This document shows positions 49,429-61,229 of a DNA stretch of 64,000 bases, one piece after another (position 1 is the first letter of the stretch; every line of letters begins with the position of its first letter). The notes beneath the pieces were generated by a model that saw nothing but the letters and a program-made list of their open reading frames with translations, made no database searches and had not been told where the DNA came from. The stretch comes from Aureliella sp. (lineage in GTDB: Bacteria > Planctomycetota > Planctomycetia > Pirellulales > Pirellulaceae): contig OY829846.1 of NCBI GenBank assembly GCA_963691875.1, positions 2,080,001 through 2,144,000 on the forward strand, written 5' to 3'. Position numbers and translations under genes: made by a program.

Positions 49429-50910
49429 TCAGGCGAGGAGTTCCGGTACGGCGCGGGCGCCTTCGACACCAGTTAGACGCCAGTCGAGACCTTGGTATTT
49501 AACGGTGAATCTTTCGTGGTCGATGCCGAGAGCTCTGAGAATCGTGGCATTGAAGTCGTTGATGTGCACCGGATTCTCGAGGATATTGTACGAGTAATCG
49601 TCGGTCTTACCCCAGTCGAACCCTCGCTTGAAGCCGCCTCCAGCAACCCAAGTCGAAAAACAACGCCCGTGGTGGTCACGACCATGGTTGTCCGCCGTGA
49701 GTTTTCCTTGGCTGTAGATCGTGCGACCAAATTCACCACCGAAAATCACGATGGTGTCATCCAGCATGCCACGTTGCTTTAGATCCTGAACCAAAGCGGC
49801 CGCGGGCTGATCGGTGCCTGCACAGTTACGACGAATCTCGCGTGGCAAGTTGCCGTGTTGGTCCCAACCGCGATGGAATAGTTGAATGAACGGCACACCA
49901 CGTTCGGCCAGGCGACGCGCGAGTACGCAGTTCGCGGCAAAACTACCTGGCTTCTTGGCGTCCGGTCCGTACAGATCGAATACATGCTGCGGTTCATCGT
50001 TCAGCTCCATCAAGTCTGGAACGGAAGTTTGCATGCGATACGCCATTTCGTATTGCGCGATGCGGGTTTGAATTTCGGGATCGCCGACATCCTGGAAACG
50101 CGTTGCATTGAGTTTGGATATCCCATCCAGCATCTTCCGACGCATTTGGCCGTCAATTCCGGGAGGATTGCTCAAGTAAAGAACTGGTTCCTTGCCGCCA
50201 CGGAATTGGACGCCCTGATGTTTCGAAGGTAAGAATCCACTGCCCCACAGACGAGCAAACAAAGCCTGTCCCGGCTTGGCACCCACGGAAATCATTGTCA
50301 CGTAGGCCGGCAGGTCGTCATTGGGGCTACCTAAACCGTAGCTCAACCATGCTCCCATGCTGGGACGTCCAAGTTGTTGCGTGCCGGTGTTGATGAAGGT
50401 CATTGCCGGATCGTGGTTCACCGCTTCGGTGTTCATACTGCGAATGATGGTTATTTCGTCAGCAAGCTTGGAAGTATGCGGCAACAATTCTGCGTTGATC
50501 CAAGTTCCACGTTCACCATGTCGCGTGAAGTTGAACATCGGCGCGACGCAAGGAAACGACTTCTGGCCACTAGACATACCAGTCAACCGCTGACCGTTGC
50601 GAATCGAGTCCGGGAGCTCCGTGCCGTGCAACTTTCGCAACTCAGGCTTGTAATCGAACATGTCGATGTGACTGGGGCCACCCGCCATGAATAAATAAAT
50701 GACTCGTTTGGCTGTGGGCTTGAAATGCGGAAGTTGCGGTAGCCCGGGGTTTTCCTTTCCACGCACGCGCAATGCCGATGCGGCTTCGGTACCAGCCATG
50801 GCGTCACGACCGAGCAGTGACGCCAACGCGGCAGCTCCCAGACAGCCACGACCGCGAGCAAGCAGCTGGCGGCGAGTCATTTGCAGTTCGAATTCTTCTC
50901 TTGGATCCAT
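49429..50910 (-). CDS. DUF1501 domain protein with Tat signal
   Basis: [34 protein letters not shown] and GRDHH motifs; paralogue of 25384-26922. Confidence 0.92.
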   Translation of the reverse strand: MDPREEFELQMTRRQLLARGRGCLGAAALASLLGRDAMAGTEAASALRVRGKENPGLPQLPHFKPTAKRVIYLFMAGGPSHIDMFDYKPELRKLHGTELPDSIRNGQRLTGMSSGQKSFPCVAPMFNFTRHGERGTWINAELLPHTSKLADEITIIRSMNTEAVNHDPAMTFINTGTQQLGRPSMGAWLSYGLGSPNDDLPAYVTMISVGAKPGQALFARLWGSGFLPSKHQGVQFRGGKEPVLYLSNPPGIDGQMRRKMLDGISKLNATRFQDVGDPEIQTRIAQYEMAYRMQTSVPDLMELNDEPQHVFDLYGPDAKKPGSFAANCVLARRLAERGVPFIQLFHRGWDQHGNLPREIRRNCAGTDQPAAALVQDLKQRGMLDDTIVIFGGEFGRTIYSQGKLTADNHGRDHHGRCFSTWVAGGGFKRGFDWGKTDDYSYNILENPVHINDFNATILRALGIDHERFTVKYQGLDWRLTGVEGARAVPELLA

Positions 50911-50915
50911 AATTG

Positions 50916-53900
50916 CTACTCGCGTGTCAGTGTTTCATCTAAGTTCAGGAGAGTACTTGCCACGACCGTCCACGCGGCAAGTTCCTTCGCTTCCAGCTTC
51001 TCGTCGCGCGGCGACTCACCAACGCTCAGCAACTTGGTGGCCGCTTCCGCATCCTTCTCGTATCGGCTTTTCGCAGAGGCGAGAATCTCATTCAGCGCAG
51101 CCACTTCGCCGCTTCCCGGAATCCGAGCAGTCACACTGCGGAAACCGAATTTGATTCTTTCTTCAGCCACAAGGCTATAAGCCATCATGCGCTCGGCGAA
51201 CTTACGAGATGCCTCCACGTACTGAGGATCGTTCAGCACAACGAGGGCCTGCAACGGCGTGTTGGTTCTGGGACGCTGCAACGTACACTTCTCGCGAGTG
51301 GGTGCATCAAAGATTTGCATCGTCGGCGGCGGCGCAGAACGTTTCCAGTAGGTGTACAAACTCCGACGATAAAGTGCATTGCCGTGGTCCTGACGAAACG
51401 CAGGCTTGCCGCTCAAGCCAACTTCTACCCACAATCCTTGTGGCTGATAAGGTTTCACTCCAGGGCCGCCCATCTTGGTGTCGAGCAGACCGCTTACTGC
51501 AAGGGAAGCGTCGCGGATGAATTCGGCTTGCAGGCGAAAACGCGGCCCACGTCCAAGCAATAGATTCATGGGGTCGCGCCGGTAGTCAGCCTCCCCAGCT
51601 CGAGAGGACTGCCGATACGTGGCTGACATCACCATCTGCTTCAGCGTCCGCTTTATGTTCCAGCCATGTTCACGGAAATCTTGGGCCAGCCAATCGAGCA
51701 ACTCTGGGTGGGAAGGATAAGCCCCTTGTGCACCAAAGTCCTGAGGTGTGTTCACCAACCCGGTTCCGAAGAACATTTGCCAGTAACGATTGACGGTGAC
51801 TCGTGCTGTTAGTGGCTGTTCTGGCGAGAAAAGCCATTGAGCCAGCCCGTAACGATTACGTGGCAGGTCGTCGGCCATAGGAGGCAGAGCCGCGATGGTG
51901 TTCGCTTCGACTTTGCGATCAGTGGGTGAGTCGTAGGCACCTCGATTGAGAATGAACGTATCGCGTGGCTTGCCCATATCACGCATCACCATCACGGTCG
52001 TCATCGGCTTCTTGAGCTCGACGATCTCGGCTTCCATCTTGGTGATCTGTTCAGTCAGCTTGACGTACTCCGGTTGATTCTCTCTCAAATAGTAGTCGAG
52101 CAGTTTTTCTTGCTGGTCGTCGCTGCGTTTCTCTCCTTCAAGAGCCAGAATTGAAGTGATCGCATCTGCCTTAGCCAGCTGCCCCACCTCCTGGGCACTC
52201 AGCGACCGATCGAATATTTGCACCGAGTCGATTTCACCATTGAACCTCGAGCCAGGGTGGCGGCTTCCAACCAGCAGCGTCCTGGTGGTCTGAATAGTAT
52301 CGCTCAGTCCGTCTTGCTCAATCTTCCAAGGCCATTCTTCGCCGTTCACGTAGATCTTGATACCGGCAGCCTTCGATGAGCCGTCATACGTCGCGAAAAC
52401 GTGGTGCCACTCGTTTGGTTTGAGATTCTGCTTCGTGGTGACTTTGATCGCGTTTCCGGGCCACTGATGGATGATGTGCATGGCGACGCCCTGGCCGCCG
52501 ACGTACAGATCGTAACCGCGGTAGGCGTTCGCATCGTCCATGCGAGCCAACATGGCTCCGAAGCCTTTGGTTGGTTTGACCCAACCACCATAGGAAAACG
52601 CTTGGTCACGTTCGAAGTTACACTTGTCACCGAGATCCAAATAGTTACCACCGGAGAGTTTGATACCTTTATCCAGCGGCGTATCCACCCATTCGACTTT
52701 CCCGTGTAACGTGGCCTTTGCAGGCTCTTGCTCGGCGGCTTGGGCGAAGGCAACGTCCTTGCCCTTTCCCTCCAGCATTTGCATGTCGACGAGTATCGAG
52801 TCTGGCGTTTCAGCAACTTTCGTATCTTCGCTTTCTTTCTCCGCTAGCCATGTTGCAAAATGTTCTTGGGAAGAGGACTTCAGATTCTCACGAGCAGCCT
52901 TCGCCTCCTGAAGTTGCTTCTGCACAATCGGCAACTTGGCTTCTTTCTCAGGATCGGGAACGGCCAAGGTGGGCTGTGCGTTTCCATTGCGAGTCTGCAT
53001 GCCACCGTCGGACGAAACGTTGAAGAACGCGTAGAACTGGTAGTACTCTTCTTGGGAAATCGGATCGTACTTATGATCATGACATTGGGCACACTCCATC
53101 GTCAGCCCCAGCCAAATTGTCGAAGTCGTTTTCACGCGATCGACGCAGTACTCGACTCGATACTCTTCCGCAAAAGCACCGCCCTCGTCAGTCGTCCCGT
53201 TGTTTCGATTGAAGCCGCCTAAAATCTTTTCTTCGATCGTCGCGTCAGGCAGATAGTCGCCGGCGAGTTGAGCGATGGAAAAGCGATCGAAAGGCATGTT
53301 TTGGTTGTAAGCTTTGACCACGGTGTCGCGCCAAGCCCACATATCGCGCGGACCGTCTGCATGGTAAACACTCGTGTCGCCGTAGCGGGCCGCGTCGAGC
53401 CACATTACCGCCATGCGTTCCCCGAAATGCTTTGAGGCAAGTAGGCGGTCAACCAGATTCTCGTAGGCCCGTTCCGATTCATCTGCGAGAAAAGCGTCGA
53501 TTTCGGCCAGAGTGGGAGGCAGCCCAGTGAGGTCGTAGGACAGCCTGCGAATGAGTTCGTGCTTCTCGGCTTCGGAGGTCGGCTTGAGTCCTTGTTCTTG
53601 AAGTCGGGCCAGAATGAACTCGTCAATCTGATTGCGCACCCAAGCACCTTGTGTTGCCGTCTTCTGCTCCGTGAACTTCGGTGGAACAAATGACCAGTGC
53701 TGCGTCCAGTTGGCACCTTCGACAATCCAGCGTTTCAAAACTGCCTTTTCGTCCGCCGACAAAGGCTTCTTTGCCCCGGGCGGAGGCATCAACAGATCCT
53801 TATCCTTTTCGAAGATGCGTTCAATCAGAGAACTGTTCTCCCAATGGCCGTCACCGAGTGCGACACGCGCTGATACCTCCAGATCTAAACGCAGGTCGGC

Positions 53901-54119
53901 CTCGCGGTTCTCCTCGTCAGGCCCGTGGCAATGGAAACACTTGTCGGACAAGATCGGTCGCACATCACGATCGAATCGCAGTGGCGCCAGCTTTGCCGGT
54001 TGGTTGTTCTCCGACTTGTCGGCAGGATCTTCTGCGAGCGTGAGAGATGTGGAGACGATCCAAGCAACAATAAGGCTAGAAGCAAACAACGTCTGCAGGC
54101 AGTAGGCAGGAAGACGCAT
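50916..54119 (-). CDS. Planctomycete cytochrome c / DUF1549-DUF1553 protein with inserted LamG/ConA-like domain
   Basis: CFHCH and CAQCH; LamG motifs [10 protein letters not shown] and [25 protein letters not shown] and RTNTPLQAL. Confidence 0.92.
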   Translation of the reverse strand: MRLPAYCLQTLFASSLIVAWIVSTSLTLAEDPADKSENNQPAKLAPLRFDRDVRPILSDKCFHCHGPDEENREADLRLDLEVSARVALGDGHWENSSLIERIFEKDKDLLMPPPGAKKPLSADEKAVLKRWIVEGANWTQHWSFVPPKFTEQKTATQGAWVRNQIDEFILARLQEQGLKPTSEAEKHELIRRLSYDLTGLPPTLAEIDAFLADESERAYENLVDRLLASKHFGERMAVMWLDAARYGDTSVYHADGPRDMWAWRDTVVKAYNQNMPFDRFSIAQLAGDYLPDATIEEKILGGFNRNNGTTDEGGAFAEEYRVEYCVDRVKTTSTIWLGLTMECAQCHDHKYDPISQEEYYQFYAFFNVSSDGGMQTRNGNAQPTLAVPDPEKEAKLPIVQKQLQEAKAARENLKSSSQEHFATWLAEKESEDTKVAETPDSILVDMQMLEGKGKDVAFAQAAEQEPAKATLHGKVEWVDTPLDKGIKLSGGNYLDLGDKCNFERDQAFSYGGWVKPTKGFGAMLARMDDANAYRGYDLYVGGQGVAMHIIHQWPGNAIKVTTKQNLKPNEWHHVFATYDGSSKAAGIKIYVNGEEWPWKIEQDGLSDTIQTTRTLLVGSRHPGSRFNGEIDSVQIFDRSLSAQEVGQLAKADAITSILALEGEKRSDDQQEKLLDYYLRENQPEYVKLTEQITKMEAEIVELKKPMTTVMVMRDMGKPRDTFILNRGAYDSPTDRKVEANTIAALPPMADDLPRNRYGLAQWLFSPEQPLTARVTVNRYWQMFFGTGLVNTPQDFGAQGAYPSHPELLDWLAQDFREHGWNIKRTLKQMVMSATYRQSSRAGEADYRRDPMNLLLGRGPRFRLQAEFIRDASLAVSGLLDTKMGGPGVKPYQPQGLWVEVGLSGKPAFRQDHGNALYRRSLYTYWKRSAPPPTMQIFDAPTREKCTLQRPRTNTPLQALVVLNDPQYVEASRKFAERMMAYSLVAEERIKFGFRSVTARIPGSGEVAALNEILASAKSRYEKDAEAATKLLSVGESPRDEKLEAKELAAWTVVASTLLNLDETLTRE

Positions 54120-54365
54120 TGGTATTGACTATCGGAGGAGTAGTGTTGGCGGGAGCAGGCAGGATTCCGCGACTTCTAGGTATCCCACACGACAGAGGCA
54201 AAGTCTTGGTAGAAGATCGCGAGAACTTGTACGATTCGCGCATCGCCTACAAGACTTCAGATAGTTTAGAAGTGCCGAATGGAGAAATCTACGGAGTTCT
54301 ACTCAGTATAGTCAACCAAGCATTTTTCCGCAGCAGAGTACATTCGACGCAGGAAACGGCTACCG

Positions 54366-54785
54366 TTACTTCAGCGGACTGATATTCCCCACTCCGATCG
54401 TTTCGGCGGGGCCAGCTTCTTTTACGTCCAAGCTGTGGATCTCTTGAAAAGTCTCCACCAAGGACCAATCATCATCGTCTGGGTAGCTACTGTATCGATC
54501 CTGAGCCATTTGCTGCACTTCTTGGCCAGAGGGAGAGGTCACGTGCTGCCGGTAGCCACTCAGGAATCGGCTGGCAGGAATCAAGACTGCCCAGCACAGA
54601 ACAATACCAAGTGATGCGATGCCAGCTCCCTTCGCAAACTTCCACAGTCGAGCATGTTCGCCAGCAGTTTCCAGCAAATATGGCTTCATGTCTTCACTTG
54701 GAACGACATAGTCCTTGGATTGAAAGATCAACTTTTCTAATGCCTGCAGATCTTCGGAAAGTGGTGGTTTTCCGCTTAGACTCAT
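54366..54785 (-). CDS. Single-TM protein, putative anti-sigma factor
   Basis: ATG overlaps the ECF stop (ATGA); one TM helix. Confidence 0.6.
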   Translation of the reverse strand: MSLSGKPPLSEDLQALEKLIFQSKDYVVPSEDMKPYLLETAGEHARLWKFAKGAGIASLGIVLCWAVLIPASRFLSGYRQHVTSPSGQEVQQMAQDRYSSYPDDDDWSLVETFQEIHSLDVKEAGPAETIGVGNISPLK

Positions 54786-55375
54786 CCACAAACTCCTTGC
54801 GCCCCGGAGTCCTGATGAGCAATGCTCGGCCGCATTGGCTTGAGCTTACGGGCGAGCTTTTCCAATGCGTAGCGATAGCGACTCGCGGCAGTCGAAGGGC
54901 TGATCTCTAACACACTACCGATTTCGGTAAAGGTCAGCTCTTCCCATATCTTCAGAACCACTACTTCGCTCTGAGCAGCTGGCAGTTTCCTCAGAGCCTT
55001 CCAGATAACACGGAATTGCTCTTCTTGTTCTGCCTGATCCACCGAACAGTAGGTGGTCAAGTCGGAGAGATTGGCCAGTGGGTAAGCTCGCTTCTTACGC
55101 CGCAAAACCAACAAGGCTTCGTTGCGTACCATCCGCAGCAAATAAGCCCACGGATAGTTGGCACCTGCAAGCAGACTCGGTTCGTTCGCTACTCGAAGCA
55201 AAGCGGCCTGAACTGCGTCTTCGGCGTCATACTGGTTTCGCGTGATGGTCACGGCCAGTCGCACCAGCCGCTGAGCAGTCACATCGAACAAACCGTGCAT
55301 CGCTTCGACACCGTCTTCCTTGAGTCGCTGCGCGTGTTCGCGGACTTCTTCATCCAAGCGTTTTGTAGTTTCCAT
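54782..55375 (-). CDS. ECF sigma factor
   Basis: DAEDAVQ, WAYLLRMVRN and ALRKLP...LTFTEIGSVLEISPSTAASRYRYA motifs. Confidence 0.9.
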   Translation of the reverse strand: METTKRLDEEVREHAQRLKEDGVEAMHGLFDVTAQRLVRLAVTITRNQYDAEDAVQAALLRVANEPSLLAGANYPWAYLLRMVRNEALLVLRRKKRAYPLANLSDLTTYCSVDQAEQEEQFRVIWKALRKLPAAQSEVVVLKIWEELTFTEIGSVLEISPSTAASRYRYALEKLARKLKPMRPSIAHQDSGAQGVCG

Positions 55376-55509
55376 TTTAAGGGTCGCCCTGTTGGGAATT
55401 TGATAAGAACCCAGGAAAGTAGCCTCAATCATAAACGCAATCACCGCCCGAGATCAAAGTGACCGAAAGGCCGGCAGAAAGGTGAAGGCTTATCGTTCAG
55501 TATTCGGAT

Positions 55510-55541
55510 CGCGCCGAACTAAAACCGCGCCGAACTAAAAC
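55510..55541. repeat. Perfect 16-bp tandem direct repeat
   Basis: CGCGCCGAACTAAAAC twice, upstream of the ECF gene. Confidence 0.85.
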
Positions 55542-55695
55542 TGTACGTTAAAGAGTCGCGAGTGGCTTCGATTTGCCTATCTCAGTGGAAAGAAAATCAA
55601 ATCGGGGCGAATCAGCGCAAATTGTTTCATGGAAGAGCCTTGCAGCTTCGACGTCAGAGCGAAATTCCGGCCACGAGAAAGAAAAAGCTGCAAAA

Positions 55696-57294
55696 CTAGA
55701 CTTCCGGATCGTAATCGACCTTTTCCAGCCGCATGCGTTTGGCCCGATCATCGGATTCTTCTAGGACCTTCGCGCGAGCCACAACATGCTCATCAACGGT
55801 CAACTCAATCACCTCGCCCTCGTGAACGATCCGCTGAGCGTGGTGCATTAGCAACCCGGCCATGGTGTCTTGCTCGGTTTCCTCGAACTGGATTTCTAGT
55901 TCTTTCTCGACATCTTCGACTGGCGTCGCGCCATCGATTACAAATAGATTGGGACCTTCAGGCACGATCTGCGGATCTTCTGTGTCAAATTCGTCAGCCA
56001 CATCACCGATGATTTCTTCGAGCACGTTTTCAAGCGTTACGATGCCGACTACCGTTCCATGTTCATCCAGTACGAAGGCCATGAGTTGATGAGTGCCACG
56101 GAAGTGCCGCAGGAGCGTGCTGATCTGCATGCTCTCGGGAACCTTCTTTGGCGGCCGCATAATCGACTTGAAATCGAAATCTTCGTCAACTGCTCGTCCG
56201 ATCAGATCCTTAACGTGGAGCACGCCGAGGACTTCGTCTAAACTTCCATCGCATACAGGGTACCGCGAGTGCTTGCTCCGGCGGATCAAGTCGATGCTTT
56301 CGGAGTTGGGTTTATTGATGTCGATAAACTCAGCTTCACCGCGAGGCAACATGATGCGTCGGCAAACCATGTCATCAAACTCAAAGACAGCGTCCAACAG
56401 GTTGGCTTCGCTCTTCGTCAAGTTGCCATGGATGTGAGCTTCGCGAAGTAGCGCACGAATCTCTTCTTCCGTGTATGGCACTTCGTGTTCGCCGCTCTTC
56501 ATCCCCATCAATCCGAGCAACATATTGGTGGAAGCATTCAAAGCAATGACTGGCAGAATACTCAGGCAGTAGAAGGCTCTCATCGGAAGCGCGCACCACA
56601 GCAACATTGTCTCAGGCTGACGAATGGCGAATACCTTGGGAGCTTGCTCGCCGACGACCAAGTGCAGCGCCGAAAAGACGGTGAATCCTACAATGAACGA
56701 AACTGTGTGAAGCAGTGCTGGAGAGGTGATACCGACCGCGGTAAAGACGGGCTCCAAGAGAGCGGCTACTGCCGGCTCACCAACCCACCCCAGTGCAAGC
56801 GAGGCCATGGTGATTCCAAGTTGGCAAGCGGAAAGCGTCATCTCCAAACGCTTGGCCAGCCACAACGCGCTCTTAGCAAAGAGTCGTTTGGTTACCACCA
56901 TCTGTTCGACTCGGCTCACCCGAACTTTGACCAAGGCAAATTCGGCCGCGACAAAGAACCCGTTGGCGGCGAGCAAAACGAAAGCTGCTAGGAGCATCAA
57001 CCAAGGGCTGGTATTACTTTCTTCTCCGCGTTCCTCGCTCGAATGGGACTCTTCCGAGCCATCAATCTTTATCGGCTGCCCAGGAAGAGAATCGAAAACA
57101 GGAACCCAAGCTAGGAAGGGAGATGGCGGAAGAAGGATTGCCGACGGGTGGCCTACCTTCGTTGGGGCCGCGGACTCGCCAGCCACTAACGCTGGCGAAA
57201 ACAGAAGCAGGGAATAGGTAGAGAGGACGCTGGCGAACGCCAGACGCAGCAACGAGGTAGGCGATCGTCTTAGAATTGGTTGCACGGGATCCAT
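55696..57294 (-). CDS. CNNM/hemolysin-family (DUF21-CBS-CorC) membrane protein
   Basis: ANGFFVAAEFALVK, CQLGITMASLALG, GEQAPK, HSRYPV and LEEIIGDVADEFD motifs. Start uncertain. Confidence 0.92.
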   Translation of the reverse strand: MDPVQPILRRSPTSLLRLAFASVLSTYSLLLFSPALVAGESAAPTKVGHPSAILLPPSPFLAWVPVFDSLPGQPIKIDGSEESHSSEERGEESNTSPWLMLLAAFVLLAANGFFVAAEFALVKVRVSRVEQMVVTKRLFAKSALWLAKRLEMTLSACQLGITMASLALGWVGEPAVAALLEPVFTAVGITSPALLHTVSFIVGFTVFSALHLVVGEQAPKVFAIRQPETMLLWCALPMRAFYCLSILPVIALNASTNMLLGLMGMKSGEHEVPYTEEEIRALLREAHIHGNLTKSEANLLDAVFEFDDMVCRRIMLPRGEAEFIDINKPNSESIDLIRRSKHSRYPVCDGSLDEVLGVLHVKDLIGRAVDEDFDFKSIMRPPKKVPESMQISTLLRHFRGTHQLMAFVLDEHGTVVGIVTLENVLEEIIGDVADEFDTEDPQIVPEGPNLFVIDGATPVEDVEKELEIQFEETEQDTMAGLLMHHAQRIVHEGEVIELTVDEHVVARAKVLEESDDRAKRMRLEKVDYDPEV

Positions 57295-57360
57295 CGTGTT
57301 AAGTTTTGGAAGACAGGGCGAGCTTCATTGTAGCTTCTACTTTGCGGCGGCGGGATATGA

Positions 57361-58254
57361 TTAGACGGTTTCCGTGCGCAGCTCGAATCCGATTTCGGTC
57401 TTCGCGTGGGGGGCAATCCGCATTCGATCCTGACCGATATTCGCGGTTTCCACACAGCACATCTGCTGATATTCCTCGTCGCCAAAGTCCGCCATGCGAG
57501 CTGCCTTGGCAATCCAAGGATTCCATACCACGGTGGAGCTAGAACCAGAGCTCTCTAGGATGACTTTTCGCTTGGCCGCCGGATCGCAGACGTCGATACG
57601 TGGGGCTGCGCCATGATAGATCCGATCGGTCTCTGCATTGAAAGTGATCGGGGCATTAGCTGCTGGATGTGTTTCCCCCGTGAGCTGATCGAGGAAAGGG
57701 AGACCAACCACGTCACCTTCAACGGTCATCTCGCCCAAGTCCGCAACTCGAAAATAGGTGTGCAAAGCCACTTCAGGCTCTTGTGTTTGTTCGGAGACAT
57801 TGTGGATCGTCATACTGACGTGAAGTTTGCTTCCGAATATCAACTTGTACTCAAGCCGATAAGGCTCGCAATAGAGGCCCAGAACAACTTGAAGCCCTGC
57901 TTCTTCCTTGGATGACGATAGCATTTGCCACGGCTGCTGTCGTACAAGACCATGAGCCGGAGAGTCTTGATCCACCTCTCCGTTGGGCAGTTTCTTAGCA
58001 TTGAACCAAGGAAAGCAAATGGGAACTCCGCCGCGAATCGCCTTTCCGTCGCGGTAAACTGCTTCCGAGCTCAGGAATAGAACAGGCTCCTCACCAGTAG
58101 GTTGAAAGTCGACAAGGTGTGCCCCTTGCAGGAAAAATCTCCCTTTGCACCGTTCGGTGGTCACGACACCTTGAAGCAAGCCACTCTCATGGCCCTCAAA
58201 ACGCAAGAGCCCATCCAATTCATACTCGGCTAATTCTGGCGTTGCAGCGCTCAT
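57361..58254 (-). CDS. D-hexose-6-phosphate mutarotase (aldose 1-epimerase family)
   Basis: QGAHL, AIRGGVPICFPWF, HGLVR, ALHTYF, VVWNPW and CVETAN motifs. Confidence 0.92.
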   Translation of the reverse strand: MSAATPELAEYELDGLLRFEGHESGLLQGVVTTERCKGRFFLQGAHLVDFQPTGEEPVLFLSSEAVYRDGKAIRGGVPICFPWFNAKKLPNGEVDQDSPAHGLVRQQPWQMLSSSKEEAGLQVVLGLYCEPYRLEYKLIFGSKLHVSMTIHNVSEQTQEPEVALHTYFRVADLGEMTVEGDVVGLPFLDQLTGETHPAANAPITFNAETDRIYHGAAPRIDVCDPAAKRKVILESSGSSSTVVWNPWIAKAARMADFGDEEYQQMCCVETANIGQDRMRIAPHAKTEIGFELRTETV

Positions 58255-58411
58255 AAATTCTTTCCATTCGAATGAAGGCAAACAAGACTCACCCAGTAGC
58301 CGGCGGTGCTTCCGGCTCGTTGCTTGTCGAAAACCTACACTATAGAGCTTCGCATTTTCGATTCTTTGAAACAACACGAACTAATCTGAATCCGACCAAG
58401 GGATAGATGGC

Positions 58412-58867
58412 ATGTCTGTCGGTACGTCTGCTGATTTTGACATCGAAGTCTTCTACGACGGCGACTGCCCGCTGTGCCTACGTGAAATTCAAATGCTGCA
58501 GTGGTTCGACCGGCGTGGACGACGCATTCGCTTCACGAATATAGCAAGCTCTAAATTCCAGCCTGCCGAGTATGGTAGAACGATGAATCAACTCATGGCT
58601 GAGATTCATGGCAGACTGCCGGACGGCAACTGGATAATCGGTGTCGAAGTTTTTCGGCGACTATACTCGGCCATCGGATTTGGATGGCTAGTTTGGCCAA
58701 CTCGCTTGCCGGTCATTCGCCATCTGGCTGACTGGGGCTACGCCGTCTTCGCTCGCAACCGTCTCAAATGGACTGGACGATGTACTAGCGAGTGTGATTT
58801 GCCGGAGAAAACAAACTCGGTTGATAAGACATCCCTTGCTTCGGAAACTGAAGCTTTGAGTGAATGA
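58412..58867 (+). CDS. DCC1-like thiol-disulfide oxidoreductase (DUF393)
   Basis: FYDGDCPLC and [15 protein letters not shown] motifs. Confidence 0.9.
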   Translation: MSVGTSADFDIEVFYDGDCPLCLREIQMLQWFDRRGRRIRFTNIASSKFQPAEYGRTMNQLMAEIHGRLPDGNWIIGVEVFRRLYSAIGFGWLVWPTRLPVIRHLADWGYAVFARNRLKWTGRCTSECDLPEKTNSVDKTSLASETEALSE

Positions 58868-58895
58868 CTCTGGGCCTAGACAACCGGTTCCGCCG

Positions 58896-59230
58896 TCACC
58901 GAACAGACAACCAAGCCGCCGCAGCCTCAATTCGCTCCTGCGGAACACGCTGGGACCTCCGTGCTATTTCAAGGGGCTTTTGGCCTAAAGAGCTAGGTCA
59001 ATCCTCTGTTGCGTAGGCCTCCACCAGAAATTGAACGACATCCAGTTACCTCCACGCTGCCGCTATGTGCAAGTGAGATCTTCCGGGCTCACTGGCAAGT
59101 TTTACATTGCCCCGGGATTCCAGAGCATGCTGACTCCAGCAACGTCCGGCATAGTAGCGGCGGAATGAATCGGAGCAAAGCCAGTCTCGACCATGCCCCA
59201 CTTAGCATCTGGTGTATCTGGGTTAGACAT
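58896..59230 (-). pseudogene. Decayed ankyrin-repeat protein
   Basis: Manual translation: MSNPD...ETGFAPIHSAA, frameshift near 59150, then GRSHLHIAAAWR*LDVVQFLVEAYATED*PSSLGQKPLEIARR. Stops at 59046-48 and 58998-59000. Confidence 0.7.
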
Positions 59231-59238
59231 TTCTTTAG

Positions 59239-59835
59239 TCACTTTTTGAGCGCGTCGGCCGGTAACTCTGGCAACTGCCTTAGGTAATCACGATGCGCGC
59301 CGCGAAGAACTAAGAGATTGTTAGAAGCGTAGATGATTCGAACGGATACTGGCCGTCGACTCGCTATAAGAAAACCAAGCAGTCCGCACAATACTGAGAG
59401 CACTATGGGGAAATTAGAAAACCGATGCAATGCGGGCGGTGTCATGAGCATTAGCATGACAAAAAATACAATCCCAGCTAGCATAAGCCCAAAGCCGCCA
59501 CGGATGATTCGGTCGTGTTTTTCAAGGAGGCTCTCCGTAATCGGCAACAGTAAGTTCACTTTCTGACGAAAAGAACCTGCGACAACGAGATAAGGTAATA
59601 TTCCAGGTAGGATTAACCAATTGATCCAGCTTGGGTGCCAAGTAGCGGCGAACGATACCGACGCAGCTGTCTCCTCTCCAGTCATCATGCAGCGAGCCGG
59701 CAGCGCCGCGTGACTCAATACGTGCACATCCCTGCCTGAACGAAAGACGAGATCATCCTCATAATTCTCCTGGGGCGGCTTAAAAGTCTCTTCAACCTCA
59801 GGCGGTGCGTACGGATTGTCAGACTCAGTGCTCAA
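59239..59835 (-). CDS. Hypothetical membrane protein with N-terminal NPYAPP motif
   Basis: 198 aa, LPARCMMTG segment, three TM helices. Confidence 0.75.
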   Translation of the reverse strand: MSTESDNPYAPPEVEETFKPPQENYEDDLVFRSGRDVHVLSHAALPARCMMTGEETAASVSFAATWHPSWINWLILPGILPYLVVAGSFRQKVNLLLPITESLLEKHDRIIRGGFGLMLAGIVFFVMLMLMTPPALHRFSNFPIVLSVLCGLLGFLIASRRPVSVRIIYASNNLLVLRGAHRDYLRQLPELPADALKK

Positions 59836-59865
59836 GACTTTGCTCGTCTAGCTCGAGTTTTGTTG

Positions 59866-61161
59866 CTACTCAATGCAATACAAATGCTTTTCGCCGCGAA
59901 TCAGAATTCGCTTGCGATAGAAGGCCAGAGAGGCATTGACTGATTCATCGAGTGGATTAACGGCGACCGGCCGTGGGTTTTCGCCAAGCTCAACCACCAT
60001 GGTTGTTCCGAATAAATCCGTGACGTAGATATGCTTTCCTGCGGCGACTGGTGAGGCATAGATGCTTCCCAACGCCCCGAGTCGCATCGTGCCTGGAGCC
60101 GGCTCACCACTTTCAGCGGAAACAGCGGTGAATACATTTTGATAGTGAGCGAGAAAACACACGACTCCGCGATGGAGCAGCATCGATGGGACATAAGGCG
60201 TTCTTTGCATCCGGTCCCACAAGACGGCCTCGCTTCCAGTGATGTCTCCTGTGGCATCTGCGAGCCGAATCGCCATCAAGTATTGCTTCTCGTAGCTGCT
60301 TCCGACAACAAGCGTGCCATTTTCGTACACCGGAGTCGCAACGATGTTGGCGGACATCCCGCCACATTGCCAGATCTCGTCTCCAGATTCTAAGTCGTAG
60401 CCACGAACACGATTGGTTCCAGCAACGATCAGCTGTGCCCTACCCTTCACTTCGACAACCATCGGAGTGCTCCAAGAAGTTACTTCCTTGCGATCCTTGC
60501 GCCACAATGCAGCGCCCGTCTTTTTGTCGAGTGCAGTCACGAAAGACTGTTCTTCGTGGTCCCAATTGATGGCGATTACATCTCCCCAAAGCACCGGAGA
60601 GGCACCTTCGCCATGGCCATGTTTCGAATGCATTTGGCCGAACCCACGCCTCCACTGAACTTCTCCCGAGCGATCCAAACAGTACAGTCCTTGCGAGCCA
60701 AAGAAGGCGTAAACGTGCTCCTTGTCGCAAACGGCGGAGGCTGACGCGAGGCTGCCGGTCTCATGAGCACCTTCGAGCGGAATTGCCTCCTTTACAACTG
60801 TCTGCCAAGCAAGCTTTCCATCGTCCGCATTCACGGCGAGAACCACGAATTGAAAACGGCTCTCGACCGGCAAATTATTGTGAGCTCCAGGGCGACCACT
60901 GCGCCGCGGTGGGAATTTCTCGCCAACAGGGATGGCCGTGGTCAAAAATATCAGGCCATCCGAAACGACAGGAGAGCTGTGTCCTCTTCCTGGAAGCGGC
61001 GTTTTCCACCGAATATTTTCGTCGTGCGACCATTGGATCGGTAGTTCGGCGTCAATCGCCCCTGTGCCATTCGGGCCGCGCCATTGCGGCCACGATTCCT
61101 GCGCAAAAAGTGGCGAGCAGGCCCCAAAAAAAACTAAAAAAAACAAAGCAATGCAATGCAT
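59866..61161 (-). CDS. PQQ-like beta-propeller repeat protein (BamB-like)
   Basis: WPQWRGP, WKTPLPGRGHSSPVV, GEGASPV and YASPVAA motifs. Start placed at the signal peptide MHCIALFF. Confidence 0.9.
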   Translation of the reverse strand: MHCIALFFLVFFGACSPLFAQESWPQWRGPNGTGAIDAELPIQWSHDENIRWKTPLPGRGHSSPVVSDGLIFLTTAIPVGEKFPPRRSGRPGAHNNLPVESRFQFVVLAVNADDGKLAWQTVVKEAIPLEGAHETGSLASASAVCDKEHVYAFFGSQGLYCLDRSGEVQWRRGFGQMHSKHGHGEGASPVLWGDVIAINWDHEEQSFVTALDKKTGAALWRKDRKEVTSWSTPMVVEVKGRAQLIVAGTNRVRGYDLESGDEIWQCGGMSANIVATPVYENGTLVVGSSYEKQYLMAIRLADATGDITGSEAVLWDRMQRTPYVPSMLLHRGVVCFLAHYQNVFTAVSAESGEPAPGTMRLGALGSIYASPVAAGKHIYVTDLFGTTMVVELGENPRPVAVNPLDESVNASLAFYRKRILIRGEKHLYCIE

Positions 61162-61229
61162 CAAGCAATTCCCCAAGAAGAAGCTGCGAGCAAACCGACA
61201 TGGCATTCTACCCGACAAAGCGGAGCTGT

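Noticed and set aside
61126..61143. Two A-runs in the beta-propeller signal peptide as a phase-variation site
   Set aside because: The frame is intact and the runs encode Phe/Leu/Val of a hydrophobic signal; no evidence of slippage.
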